Origin: an uncultured Candidatus Saccharibacteria bacterium
Lineage (GTDB): Bacteria > Patescibacteriota > Minisyncoccia > Phycocordibacterales > GWA1-40-21
DNA length: 43,161 nt
Direction: 5' to 3'
NCBI GenBank assembly: GCA_964613715.1
Contig: CAZTJK010000005.1
Coordinates: forward strand, 1-43,161
This document shows, in pieces, positions 16,385 to 25,560 of the stretch. The stretch's first letter is position 1. Every line of letters begins with the position of its first letter. The notes under the pieces were generated by a model, which made no database searches, was not told where the DNA came from, and saw nothing but the letters and a program-made list of their open reading frames with translations. A program made the position numbers and the translations under genes.

Positions 16385-18577
16385 ATGAAAAAATACATCC
16401 TTGGCGTGATGCTCCTTATCCTCTCCGGCACCGCTGTCGCCCGCGCTGCTGAATATATATTGACGTCATATCCGAAAGCGACCGCAACGACGAGCACCGA
16501 GACTGTATTCGTGCGCCCGCTTTCCGTCGGTACAAGCGGACAGGATGTATTGGCGCTCCGAAAAATCCTCAGCCTCGAACTTTCCATGAATCTCGGCGTC
16601 TCGGCGCTTTTCGATGACGGCTTGAAAAGCGCCGTCGCACGATTCCAGGAAAAATATCCCGTCGATATTCTATTGCCACAGGGAAAGACATCCGGTACCG
16701 GCATGCTCGACGACTGGACGCTCACCAAGCTCAATGCGCTTGCCATAAAATACAATATTCACCTTTCGGATTTCAGCGTAAGCACCGCAGCCGCACCGCG
16801 CATTTATTTCACAGAGGATCTCTCGATCGGATCGGTCGGCAGCGAAGTGGTCTTCCTAAAAAAAGTGCTCAATTCTGATCCGGCAACGGCAATCGTGAAA
16901 ACAGGCTCCGCAGCTGCGTTAGAAAATGTATTCGATGCCGATACTGCAGCCGCTGTCATCAAATTCCAGGAAAAATACGCGGCAGACATCCTCACCCCAG
17001 CAGGACTTGTCCATGGCACTGGCACCGTAGGCGCTGCAACACGCAAAAAGCTCAATGAAATTTTCAATAAGCTCCTGGCAGCCTTCCAAACAACGGCCAC
17101 GAGCACAAGCTTGGCGGCTTCATCATCAACGACCTTCGGCAATTTCACGTTCAATTTCACCCAAGGCAGCGGCGTCAATTTCAATTCGTATCTGTGCGTC
17201 ACCGACACCTGGTCATGTTCTGATTGGAGCCCGTGCGTGGATGGCGTGCAAACACGCACTTGCAGCGTCACCTATGACTGTCCGAATACAGGCGCTCCAG
17301 CACCGACCAAACAATTATGTTATTCGCAATCAAGCGGAAGCAGTGGCGGTAACAGCGGATTTGCCGGCTGCAGCGCCGACAAGCAGACCGCAGTGCAAGC
17401 CGCGATCGATGCATTGAAAAAGAGCTCGACGCAATCTCCAGCAACGAGCGGCTTTACCCAGTCTATTTTCAGCATGCCGGGATCACCGGTAAAATCCTCT
17501 TCGGCGCCAGATCAAATCCAGAATCTCGTTGATACCTGGAAGAGCCAGCAGTCGGATGTGCAATCAGTTATCAATAAGCTCGGCAGTGCAAGCACTGATT
17601 TCGCGACAAAGCAGGCTGCAAGAGATGCAGCAAGTGTACTCACGGGACTTTCAAGCGGCCAGGGCAGGGTTGGCAGTGCACAGAGCATCAGCGAAATGGC
17701 ACAATCAATTACTGATAGCACAAATGCCGTGCAGATCATCGTCACAACCACTACAAGCGATAAACAGGCAGTGGATGATGCTATTGCAAAACTCGGATCA
17801 TTGGCAAGCGACAGCTCGATCAGTGACATCATTGCCCGCCTCAAACAAGTTTCGACGAATATTCAGGGTGAGCTCGACAAGCTGCAGGTAGTGACAGACC
17901 GTTTTCCGAGAGTTGTTTCAGCACAAAATGATGAAAAGACTGATATTGCCGCTGCGCTCGGCCTTACCCAAGGCTTTGCAAGCGGCGCATCTCCGGCAAA
18001 TCTGATCGCTGCACTGAATAAAGTACTGCTTGATCTGCAGATCGAACCGCAGACGATACAAAGCGTGCCGAGTAAGCTCACCGATATCGCCGCAGCGCGG
18101 TCCACACGGCAGCAAAATGTGCAAGCAATCATCACCGCGCTGCAATCGGCATTCGCCGCATGCCAGCCAAAGCCGAATATCGCACCAGGAACGGTCGTCG
18201 CATCGGGCTATTTCGAGGTATGCCTCGCAAATGGAAAAACAAATTGCTCAATCACGTCCGGCAATGCCACCTGCACCGGCCAAAACAGCAATCCAGTAGC
18301 TTGCCCAGCCGGCAGTTCAGTCGTCCCGGGATCGCAGACGACCAATAACAGTGCCAGTCAATGTCCTTCGCTCGGCATTGCTGGTCCGCAGGCGGCAGGA
18401 CATATCAACTTTACCTGCGTACAAGGAGGAAGCGCAGGCACACCAAGCACGGGCGGTTCGTCATCATGCACCGATGTCATCGGCTGCGCCGTGCAAGGCG
18501 TCGGCAATATTGTCGGGGGCGTGGTCAGCGGCGTCGGCAGCATTGTGCATGGCGTGCTCTCTATCTTCGGACTCTAG
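16385..18577 (+). CDS. Large secreted modular protein: 2x peptidoglycan-binding-like domains, TSP1-like Cys motif, helical region, Cys-rich domain, Gly-rich amphipathic tail
   Basis: Signal peptide; repeated AV..FQEKY...GTG.....T..KLN; WSCSDWSPCVDGVQTRTC; start at 16385 supported by TGaTACAAT 6 nt upstream. Confidence 0.8.
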   Translation: MKKYILGVMLLILSGTAVARAAEYILTSYPKATATTSTETVFVRPLSVGTSGQDVLALRKILSLELSMNLGVSALFDDGLKSAVARFQEKYPVDILLPQGKTSGTGMLDDWTLTKLNALAIKYNIHLSDFSVSTAAAPRIYFTEDLSIGSVGSEVVFLKKVLNSDPATAIVKTGSAAALENVFDADTAAAVIKFQEKYAADILTPAGLVHGTGTVGAATRKKLNEIFNKLLAAFQTTATSTSLAASSSTTFGNFTFNFTQGSGVNFNSYLCVTDTWSCSDWSPCVDGVQTRTCSVTYDCPNTGAPAPTKQLCYSQSSGSSGGNSGFAGCSADKQTAVQAAIDALKKSSTQSPATSGFTQSIFSMPGSPVKSSSAPDQIQNLVDTWKSQQSDVQSVINKLGSASTDFATKQAARDAASVLTGLSSGQGRVGSAQSISEMAQSITDSTNAVQIIVTTTTSDKQAVDDAIAKLGSLASDSSISDIIARLKQVSTNIQGELDKLQVVTDRFPRVVSAQNDEKTDIAAALGLTQGFASGASPANLIAALNKVLLDLQIEPQTIQSVPSKLTDIAAARSTRQQNVQAIITALQSAFAACQPKPNIAPGTVVASGYFEVCLANGKTNCSITSGNATCTGQNSNPVACPAGSSVVPGSQTTNNSASQCPSLGIAGPQAAGHINFTCVQGGSAGTPSTGGSSSCTDVIGCAVQGVGNIVGGVVSGVGSIVHGVLSIFGL

Positions 18578-18626
18578 AATCCACAGGCAGCATCGTGCGA
18601 ATATTGTTCCATGCTATAATTCCCGC

Positions 18627-19625
18627 ATGTTGATCGACAGAAAATACCTCCCTTCAAAACGATTCCTTGCTGCCTGCGGCGTCGCAGCAGTCATCATTGC
18701 TATCACGATCTTCCTGAACACCATAAAACCAGCGCCAGCACCGACACTTTCCACGCTTGCTGGAGCAAGCACGACCGCGCCATGGGTCAATACCATAGAC
18801 TCGGACAATGACGGCCTGCCGGACTGGCAGGAAGTGCTCTATGGTACAAACCCTCGCAAGGCAGACACGGATGGCGATGGTACCAATGACGGCGATGAGA
18901 TCGCTCTGAAGCGCGATCCGCTGAAAGCAAATACTGCGCCACAAGGGCAGGAGCCGAATGACAAGATCGCGGCAGACGTTATCGCGCAGAATGATACGAT
19001 TTCTTCCGCCATCAATAATACGCTGAGCGCAACCGAGCAGATGGCACGCAACCTAATGTCGAATATCTTCGCATCCCAGCCGACCGACAGCCAGATGGAT
19101 CAGAACACGGTTGACTCGATCGTCACGAACACGCTCGCGAATGTCCCGCAAAAACAATTCGCGACGAGCACGAAAGTATCTGATCTGAATCTGATCCCGG
19201 TCGCAAGCGACAGTAAATCAGCCGCGCCACAACTTATCGCGTATGCAAAAAGCTTTTATACAGAAACTGAAAAGCTCCGCCAGGTCATTGGCCAAGATGT
19301 CGTCGCTATCAATACTTACAATACCGACAATGACGCCATGAAAGAACAGGATTCTCTCGCTGCAATCACGAAGATATACCAGACAGTCATCAATGACTTC
19401 AAGTCAATGCCGCTGCCGGCCATTGCCGATTCTTATGGTGCTGCATACCATCTCGCGGTTATCAATGATCTCGAGCAATTGATCGAGATCGACAATGATA
19501 TAATGAAATCAACCGCGGATGGTGTGAGTATCTATGGAGACCTTCTCGCATACACGAATGTGATCAATAATCTGACAAAAACTCTCGGCATCCTGGATAA
19601 TGTTCTGCAGATTACCAGACATTGA
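18627..19625 (+). CDS. Membrane-anchored protein with bacterial thrombospondin type-3 (Ca-binding) repeats
   Basis: N-terminal TM; DSDNDGLPDWQE...DTDGDGTNDGDE; TGcTATAAT 6 nt before ATG 18627. Confidence 0.85.
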   Translation: MLIDRKYLPSKRFLAACGVAAVIIAITIFLNTIKPAPAPTLSTLAGASTTAPWVNTIDSDNDGLPDWQEVLYGTNPRKADTDGDGTNDGDEIALKRDPLKANTAPQGQEPNDKIAADVIAQNDTISSAINNTLSATEQMARNLMSNIFASQPTDSQMDQNTVDSIVTNTLANVPQKQFATSTKVSDLNLIPVASDSKSAAPQLIAYAKSFYTETEKLRQVIGQDVVAINTYNTDNDAMKEQDSLAAITKIYQTVINDFKSMPLPAIADSYGAAYHLAVINDLEQLIEIDNDIMKSTADGVSIYGDLLAYTNVINNLTKTLGILDNVLQITRH

Positions 19626-19630
19626 TTACC

Positions 19631-21490
19631 ATGCGTATGAACCAGTTTCTAAAAAAAATAAATATGAAGGCTTGCGCTGCGCTCTCTAGCATCCTGGCTC
19701 TCGTTCTTGCCGGCATCATATCTATGCCGCAAAAGGCGCAAGCAGTGTTTGGCGTCGGCGACGTAACATTCACGACCCTTACCTCGGTCATCGACCCGGC
19801 AACGCTCGCATTTTATACCGCAAGCCAGGCATTCTATACGGCAACTGGCGTTGTGCAGCAAAAGCAACTGACTGCGCCGTCCATTTGGGATATCGCACGC
19901 AAAGAGGGTGTGGAGCCAGCTCTCGCTGCAGCCGCAAAAACGCTTGCGAAAAATCTCATTCTCCAGCTCACTGAAGCGACCGTAAACTGGATCAACTCCG
20001 GCTTCCAAGGCAATCCCGCATTCGTCGCCGATCCCGCAGATTTCCTCGCGCAGACTGCAGACCAAACCGTTGGCCAGTTCCTGATGGAAAGCAGTGACCT
20101 GCGTTTTCTCTGCGCCCCATTTCAGGCCCAGGTAAAAATCGCCCTCGGTCTCGGCTACTCGCAGCCATTCTACAAATCCATCAGCTGTACCCTTACCGGC
20201 GCCATCACCAATGTACAGAACGCCGTGAATAGCTTCACGAGTGCGGGCGGCTGGCAGAATTGGATTCAGATCACGCAGCCGCAGAACAATCCGGTCGGCG
20301 CATTCCTTTTGGCAAAAAGCGAGCTCGATTCACAGATCGAAGGGAGAAAGGCGGCCGCATCGGCGGAGCTCAATTTCGGACAAGGCGCGCTTTCGTATAA
20401 AGATTGCACCGACACCACATATGACACGACCGGCAATGTGGTTTCGACAAAGCGCTATTCCGGCTCCAATTTCTTCAGCGCGACCGCATCCGGCTCGGGC
20501 CGAGGTACAAATCAGACGGTGAAGACTTCCTGCAAAGTCACTACGCCAGGCAAAGTCGTCGTCGATATGCTCGGCTTCAAAGCTACGTCCGATCTGCGCC
20601 AGCTCGAGCTTGAAGCTGCGCTTGGCAATGGTATCGATACCGTGCTTTCATCCCTTGCCAATGCACTGTTGACCAAAGGCCTGCAAGCAATTCAGAACGG
20701 CATTCTCGGCGACAACTCTTCAGCAAACAATCAGTACAATACCCAGCTCGGTACCACTATCGGCCAGATCCCGACCAATTATAATAATCAGCTGGTGAAT
20801 ATCGCGAACGCAACATCATCCCTCTATTTCGGCGATCAGTTCAATGCTTACAACAGCCTCTATGGCAATGGCTTCGGCCAGAGCTTTAGCAATGTGAATA
20901 CCGGCCCGGGCACGCCGTATGATGGGGGAAATATAAATGATCCGTATGCACGCGAGCGCGGGACCGCGATCAATAGCATCAATAATCTCGAAAACTACGA
21001 GGCTACTTATCAAAATGCATATCTGACTGCGACAAATGTGCTTTCAAGCGGCCGCGGGGTATTCGTCGGCGCACGAAATTGCAATGCTGCGTACAGCGAT
21101 CCGAATTCAGCTCTGCGCGCCCTTCAGATTGATGCAAATGTCGTCACCAATATCGACGGCACGCCGAATTCCGATCGCAATGTCGCGCAGATTCCGTGGA
21201 ATCTCACCGATATCGGCAATCTCGTTGCTGTTTCAAACCAGCATGTCGCACTGCTCGATACTGCTCGCACAGCCGTAGCAGCAGCAAGCTCGACGGATGC
21301 GATCAATCTTGCCATGCTGCCGGTCAATTCCACTGCATTCAATACATCGAACCCGACGAATGTCATCACGAATATAAAAACTTGGATGACCGGCATGCAG
21401 AACAATTACAGTACAAGCGCCTGCCCGATCAACCTGACTGCAACATTCCAGATCACTGGCCCTGCAAGCTCCACTCCAACAGGGAATTAG
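19631..21490 (+). CDS. Secreted/membrane hypothetical protein of the Parcubacteria T4SS-like cluster (VNWINSGFQGNPAFV motif)
   Basis: ~620 aa, signal-like N-terminus, CxPF and CTL motifs, Asn/Thr-rich C-half; start uncertain (19631/19637/19664). Confidence 0.75.
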   Translation: MRMNQFLKKINMKACAALSSILALVLAGIISMPQKAQAVFGVGDVTFTTLTSVIDPATLAFYTASQAFYTATGVVQQKQLTAPSIWDIARKEGVEPALAAAAKTLAKNLILQLTEATVNWINSGFQGNPAFVADPADFLAQTADQTVGQFLMESSDLRFLCAPFQAQVKIALGLGYSQPFYKSISCTLTGAITNVQNAVNSFTSAGGWQNWIQITQPQNNPVGAFLLAKSELDSQIEGRKAAASAELNFGQGALSYKDCTDTTYDTTGNVVSTKRYSGSNFFSATASGSGRGTNQTVKTSCKVTTPGKVVVDMLGFKATSDLRQLELEAALGNGIDTVLSSLANALLTKGLQAIQNGILGDNSSANNQYNTQLGTTIGQIPTNYNNQLVNIANATSSLYFGDQFNAYNSLYGNGFGQSFSNVNTGPGTPYDGGNINDPYARERGTAINSINNLENYEATYQNAYLTATNVLSSGRGVFVGARNCNAAYSDPNSALRALQIDANVVTNIDGTPNSDRNVAQIPWNLTDIGNLVAVSNQHVALLDTARTAVAAASSTDAINLAMLPVNSTAFNTSNPTNVITNIKTWMTGMQNNYSTSACPINLTATFQITGPASSTPTGN

Positions 21491-21498
21491 GAAACGGG

Positions 21499-21561
21499 AA
21501 AAAACCGCTTAAAAGCGGTTTTTTAAATAATAAAAAAGCGAGGTTCTCACGAACCTCGCTT
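21499..21561. terminator. Tandem terminator hairpins between convergent genes
   Basis: AAAAAACCGCT-TAAA-AGCGGTTTTTT (21499-21524) and AAGCGAGGTTC-TCAC-GAACCTCGCTT (21536-21561). Confidence 0.85.
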
Positions 21562-21573
21562 GAGAACAGTCGA

Positions 21574-21921
21574 TCAACTGTGGCTATTCTTCTGCTCTTC
21601 CCTTACTTCTTGAAGGAATGCTTTGACACACGGAGACAAATCCCTCTCCGGCACCAAAACGACATAGCTGAAGTAGTAGTTGAAATCGACAGCAGAGTGC
21701 TTAATATTATGCTGCTTTTCCCAGTGATACCGAGTAATCATGGTATCCATGTGATCGCAGGCATATTGCGCCTCTTTCGTCTTCGCTTTCGTATCGCATT
21801 TCTGCGAAACGGCGGGCGAAGACGTGTTTTGAGCTTTGGAACCGTTGCCAGAACCAAAGCCGAAACCCGCGATAGCGATCGCGAGGACCAGCGTTAAGCC
21901 AACCATGACCTTGATCTTCAT
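21574..21921 (-). CDS. Small secreted hypothetical protein (115 aa, three Cys)
   Basis: AAGGAG SD before ATG 21921; signal peptide MKIKVMVGLTLVLAIAIAG; TTGACT-18-TATAAT promoter at ~22000-22029. Confidence 0.7.
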   Translation of the reverse strand: MKIKVMVGLTLVLAIAIAGFGFGSGNGSKAQNTSSPAVSQKCDTKAKTKEAQYACDHMDTMITRYHWEKQHNIKHSAVDFNYYFSYVVLVPERDLSPCVKAFLQEVREEQKNSHS

Positions 21922-22129
21922 GTCTGATCTCCTTGTAAAGAACAATTTTTTGGACTTTCGCCCACGAGTTAATCAGGTTACGACTAACTTCCTTTTTATA
22001 TTATATAATATCAATCAATAACAAGTCAAGTATTAGACGATTTTTCCAATAAAGCCTTGTTTTTAGTCATTTTTATGCACAGGGATATCTTGTGTATATC
22101 TCAATAGGAATGATACAATGTAAAGGTCA

Positions 22130-24313
22130 ATGAAACGATTTTTCACAAAATCCGTTGCGCTTTTTTTGCTTGGCACGATCCTTGGAGGCCTCTTATCCGT
22201 TCATACTGCCTATGCCGGATCGAATCCGAACCTTGTCGGTACTGATTTATCCGGGGGAACAGCATCATCAAGTTACTCGTCAAACACCGGGAGCTTTTCA
22301 TTTGGAAAGGCTGCAGATTTAGGATTCGGAGTTGGTAACTTTATCGTCAATGGCGTTGCGCTTGCCGGAATCGCCACTGTTTTGTATCTAGTCTATGCGC
22401 TTGCAAGCCTCATCCTTGCATTGCTCGGCCTCATGTTTGATGGGGCATTGAATGTTTCATTTTACGGACTGCATAATTTCTTCGACAATCTCGGACCGGT
22501 CGCGACTATCTGGACGCTGATCCGGGATACGGTAAATGTCTGCTTTATATTCATGCTGCTCTATATTGCAATCAGCATGATTCTCGGCAGCATCGGCGTG
22601 AAAGCAAAATCGAATCTTGCAAGCGTACTTATCAGTGCGATTTTCGTTAATTTCAGCATGTTTTTCGCAAAAATCATCATTGATGCAGGAAATATTGTCG
22701 CTATCTCGATTTACAACAGCCTGGGCGGTGGCAATCTTGGCTGGAGCATTGCAGGACAACTTATGGATGGTTTCAATATAGGAGGGGTCATGAGTATTTT
22801 TTCAATATCTGGACAGACAAATATCATGATCAATTTGATCCTGCACCTTGTGCTTGTCGGCATCGCCTGCTATGTGTTCTTCAAAATAGCTGCAATTTTT
22901 ATAGGAAGGACTGTCATGCTTGTCATACACGTGGCCACGTCTCCAGTCGGATTCTTGAGAGTCGGCGCTATACCGTGGCTTGATGAATTGCGAGGCAAGT
23001 GGTGGGGATCATTCGTAAATCAGGTGATGGTGGCTCCACTTTTCATGCTGCTCATGCTCATATTCATGCGGTTCTTGTCTGTCGTTAATGTGGCCATTCA
23101 TCAGTCAACAAGTAGCATGACGTTTGCAGAACAAGCTGCTCCAGGAATTGATTTTGCTGGGTACCTTGCATACATGATGATCGCATTCCTGCTTTGGGAA
23201 GGCATGAAGATCGTGGAGAAAAGCAGCGGCAAGATCGGAGAAATCACCGGCAGTGTGCTGAACACGCTCACCTTTGCAGGTATTGCAGCTGCAACGGGCG
23301 GCGTAGGCATGCTTGGCCGGGCAGGAGGGCTTGTTGCTGGCGGCCTCGAACGGGCCGGCCTGACAAAAACAGCACAAGCAGTCGGTGGTTTTTCAAAAAC
23401 ACTGCGGGAAGTCCCATCCACAGCGAGTAAATTTGTCAAAGGCGAATACAAAGAGAAACCGGGGCTTGTCGGATTCCTCGGCAACAAAGCACGCGATTTC
23501 GGCTTCTCTGAAATCAAGAAAGCTACAGGCGGCGTGGTAAGCCCGAAGGGTATAGAAGATTTCATAAAGAAATCAAAGAGTGGGAACGAGGCAAATGTCA
23601 TGAAGGAGATGGAGAAGGCTGGGCCACAGAAGGATATTGACCGACAGACGCAACTTAAAGATATTGAACAAAATATTACCGAGCAGGCGAAACAGCGCCT
23701 TACGGCTGATTTCGGTTTTAAGGATGATCAGATCAAGGCTGCAAATGCGAGACAAAAAGAGCATGACAAGAATATTGTGGCCCTGAATGAAAGCCAGACG
23801 AAGCTACAGAAGGCCACTACGGACTTGGCATCGTCTATCGGTTCTGAAGAGAGCGTGACCAAAGCGAAAAAAGAATATGAGCAGGCCCAGAAAAATGCCG
23901 ATATTTCGAAAGGTAAGTTGACTACGGATATGCAAGCTATTTTGACGAAACAAGCTGAAGCAAAGGAAGCTGTAGCAAAAGAATTAAAAGTTGACCTACA
24001 AGGACTTAAGAGCGAGCAGGAAAAATTGAAACAAACCATCCGAGAGAAGACGGCAGCAAAAAATGTCTATATTAGCAATGTAGCCTCATACGGCCCAGTT
24101 CGCGGAATGCTAAGTACTGGTTTGACCAGTAAAGATCGCCAAAAACTGGTAGAAAAAATGAGGGCGCAGAAAGGGAAATATAACGCCGATAAAGAAAACG
24201 TGGCGAAGAATATTGTTAAAGCCTTGAAAGATGCCGGCATGGGAGATGCATTGAAAGAAGAAGGTGGTGGAGAGAAAAAGGAGGAGAAAAAAGGAGAGGA
24301 AGGGAAAAAATAG
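22130..24313 (+). CDS. VirB6/TrbL-like polytopic membrane protein with C-terminal coiled coil
   Basis: Multiple TMs, WTLIRDTVN, LISAIFVNFSMFFAKIIID, R.VML......SPVGF, WWGSF..Q...AP; position before prgI and virB4. Confidence 0.75.
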   Translation: MKRFFTKSVALFLLGTILGGLLSVHTAYAGSNPNLVGTDLSGGTASSSYSSNTGSFSFGKAADLGFGVGNFIVNGVALAGIATVLYLVYALASLILALLGLMFDGALNVSFYGLHNFFDNLGPVATIWTLIRDTVNVCFIFMLLYIAISMILGSIGVKAKSNLASVLISAIFVNFSMFFAKIIIDAGNIVAISIYNSLGGGNLGWSIAGQLMDGFNIGGVMSIFSISGQTNIMINLILHLVLVGIACYVFFKIAAIFIGRTVMLVIHVATSPVGFLRVGAIPWLDELRGKWWGSFVNQVMVAPLFMLLMLIFMRFLSVVNVAIHQSTSSMTFAEQAAPGIDFAGYLAYMMIAFLLWEGMKIVEKSSGKIGEITGSVLNTLTFAGIAAATGGVGMLGRAGGLVAGGLERAGLTKTAQAVGGFSKTLREVPSTASKFVKGEYKEKPGLVGFLGNKARDFGFSEIKKATGGVVSPKGIEDFIKKSKSGNEANVMKEMEKAGPQKDIDRQTQLKDIEQNITEQAKQRLTADFGFKDDQIKAANARQKEHDKNIVALNESQTKLQKATTDLASSIGSEESVTKAKKEYEQAQKNADISKGKLTTDMQAILTKQAEAKEAVAKELKVDLQGLKSEQEKLKQTIREKTAAKNVYISNVASYGPVRGMLSTGLTSKDRQKLVEKMRAQKGKYNADKENVAKNIVKALKDAGMGDALKEEGGGEKKEEKKGEEGKK

Positions 24314-24327
24314 ACTAAAAAATACAT

Positions 24328-25077
24328 ATGGATGATTCAATAACAAATGATCTCAAGCAACAGTACCAGAGCCTGCCGAAAGAATTGCAGCAGGCCATTG
24401 CTGATATCAATCTGCCGGCAAAGCTCAGTACTATCGTCAAGAACAATAAATTGATGATCGATCAGGCAGGCATACTTGAAACGGAAACAACGCTCGTCCT
24501 CTTCGGCCTTGAGCCACTCGAGAATTATGTCGATAATCTTGCGCGTGAGCTCGGTATGCCAAAAGACCGAGCACTGACTATTGCGAAAGATGCCGATGAG
24601 CTCATTTTTAAAGGCATCCGCGATGCGCTGCGGCAGGTAAATGAGGAGATGACAGAGGCAGAAAACGCCGAAGTGGCGCAGACCGAAGGACATCCGTCGA
24701 AAGAAGATATCCTCGCCGGCATCGAAAAGCCGCATGAGATTACTACAAGGGAAAATTCGGTATCGGTCAGTTCATTGCCGTCGAATAATAATGGCGTGCA
24801 GGGGACAGCGCCTGTTGTTACGTCAAAAATTGAAATGCAAAAGCCGCTCGTACCTGAAATGCGACCGGAAGAGATTTCCCTCGGCACGGTCATCAAGAAA
24901 CCGCAGCCGGCATCGCCGATTCCTGCAAGCGTTTCACCGCTCAAGAATATTGTTGAAACGAAAATGACAGAGACGGTTGCATTGCCAAAAAAGACTGTTG
25001 TGATCGAGGAAAAAACGAAGCTACCGCAAGCGAATGCGGCAAAACCTGCTGATCCGTATCGCGAATCAATAAGCTAA
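24328..25077 (+). CDS. Hypothetical protein with C-terminal DPYRE motif
   Basis: N-terminal helical domain (QYQSLPKELQQAI...ETETTLVLFGL), Pro-rich linker, ends ADPYRESIS. Confidence 0.75.
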   Translation: MDDSITNDLKQQYQSLPKELQQAIADINLPAKLSTIVKNNKLMIDQAGILETETTLVLFGLEPLENYVDNLARELGMPKDRALTIAKDADELIFKGIRDALRQVNEEMTEAENAEVAQTEGHPSKEDILAGIEKPHEITTRENSVSVSSLPSNNNGVQGTAPVVTSKIEMQKPLVPEMRPEEISLGTVIKKPQPASPIPASVSPLKNIVETKMTETVALPKKTVVIEEKTKLPQANAAKPADPYRESIS

Positions 25078-25089
25078 ATTAACTACAGG

Positions 25090-25521
25090 ATGCAATTCCA
25101 AGTACCACAATTCATTGAAGTAGAGGACCGGATTTTCGGGCCGCTGACGCTGCGGCAGTTCATTTACCTTGCCGGCGGGGCAGGGGCATCGGCTGTCGCC
25201 TATATCTACCTTCCTTCAAAGCTTATCGCTATTCCTATCATTCTCATTGTTGTCGCATTCTCGCTTGCGCTCGCATTTTACAAGACGAACGGCAAGGCAT
25301 TCATCGATGTGGTGCAGGCAGCCTTCTACTATGCCGTGGGCGGCAAGCTCTATATCTGGAAGAAAGTAGACAAGAAGCCCGAGCACAGCCTGACTGCCGA
25401 GGTGCAGAAAGCGAAATCCATGGTAAGCGTCCCGAAAATGTCCCAATCGAAGCTGAAAGATCTCACCTGGTCGCTCGACATCAAGGAAAGCCTCAATCCG
25501 GTCACCCGCGAGAACAAGTAG
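25090..25521 (+). CDS. prgI: PrgI family (VirB3-like) protein
   Basis: MQFQVPQFIEVEDRIFGPLTLRQF signature and two TMs. Confidence 0.88.
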   Translation: MQFQVPQFIEVEDRIFGPLTLRQFIYLAGGAGASAVAYIYLPSKLIAIPIILIVVAFSLALAFYKTNGKAFIDVVQAAFYYAVGGKLYIWKKVDKKPEHSLTAEVQKAKSMVSVPKMSQSKLKDLTWSLDIKESLNPVTRENK

Positions 25522-25560
25522 CCTTTCGAATCCGGCTGCTTCTCGTGTATAATAATCGAA

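Noticed and set aside
25544-25552. Extra DnaA box (TTATACACG on minus)
   Set aside because: Coincides with a TG-TATAAT promoter, which resembles the box intrinsically
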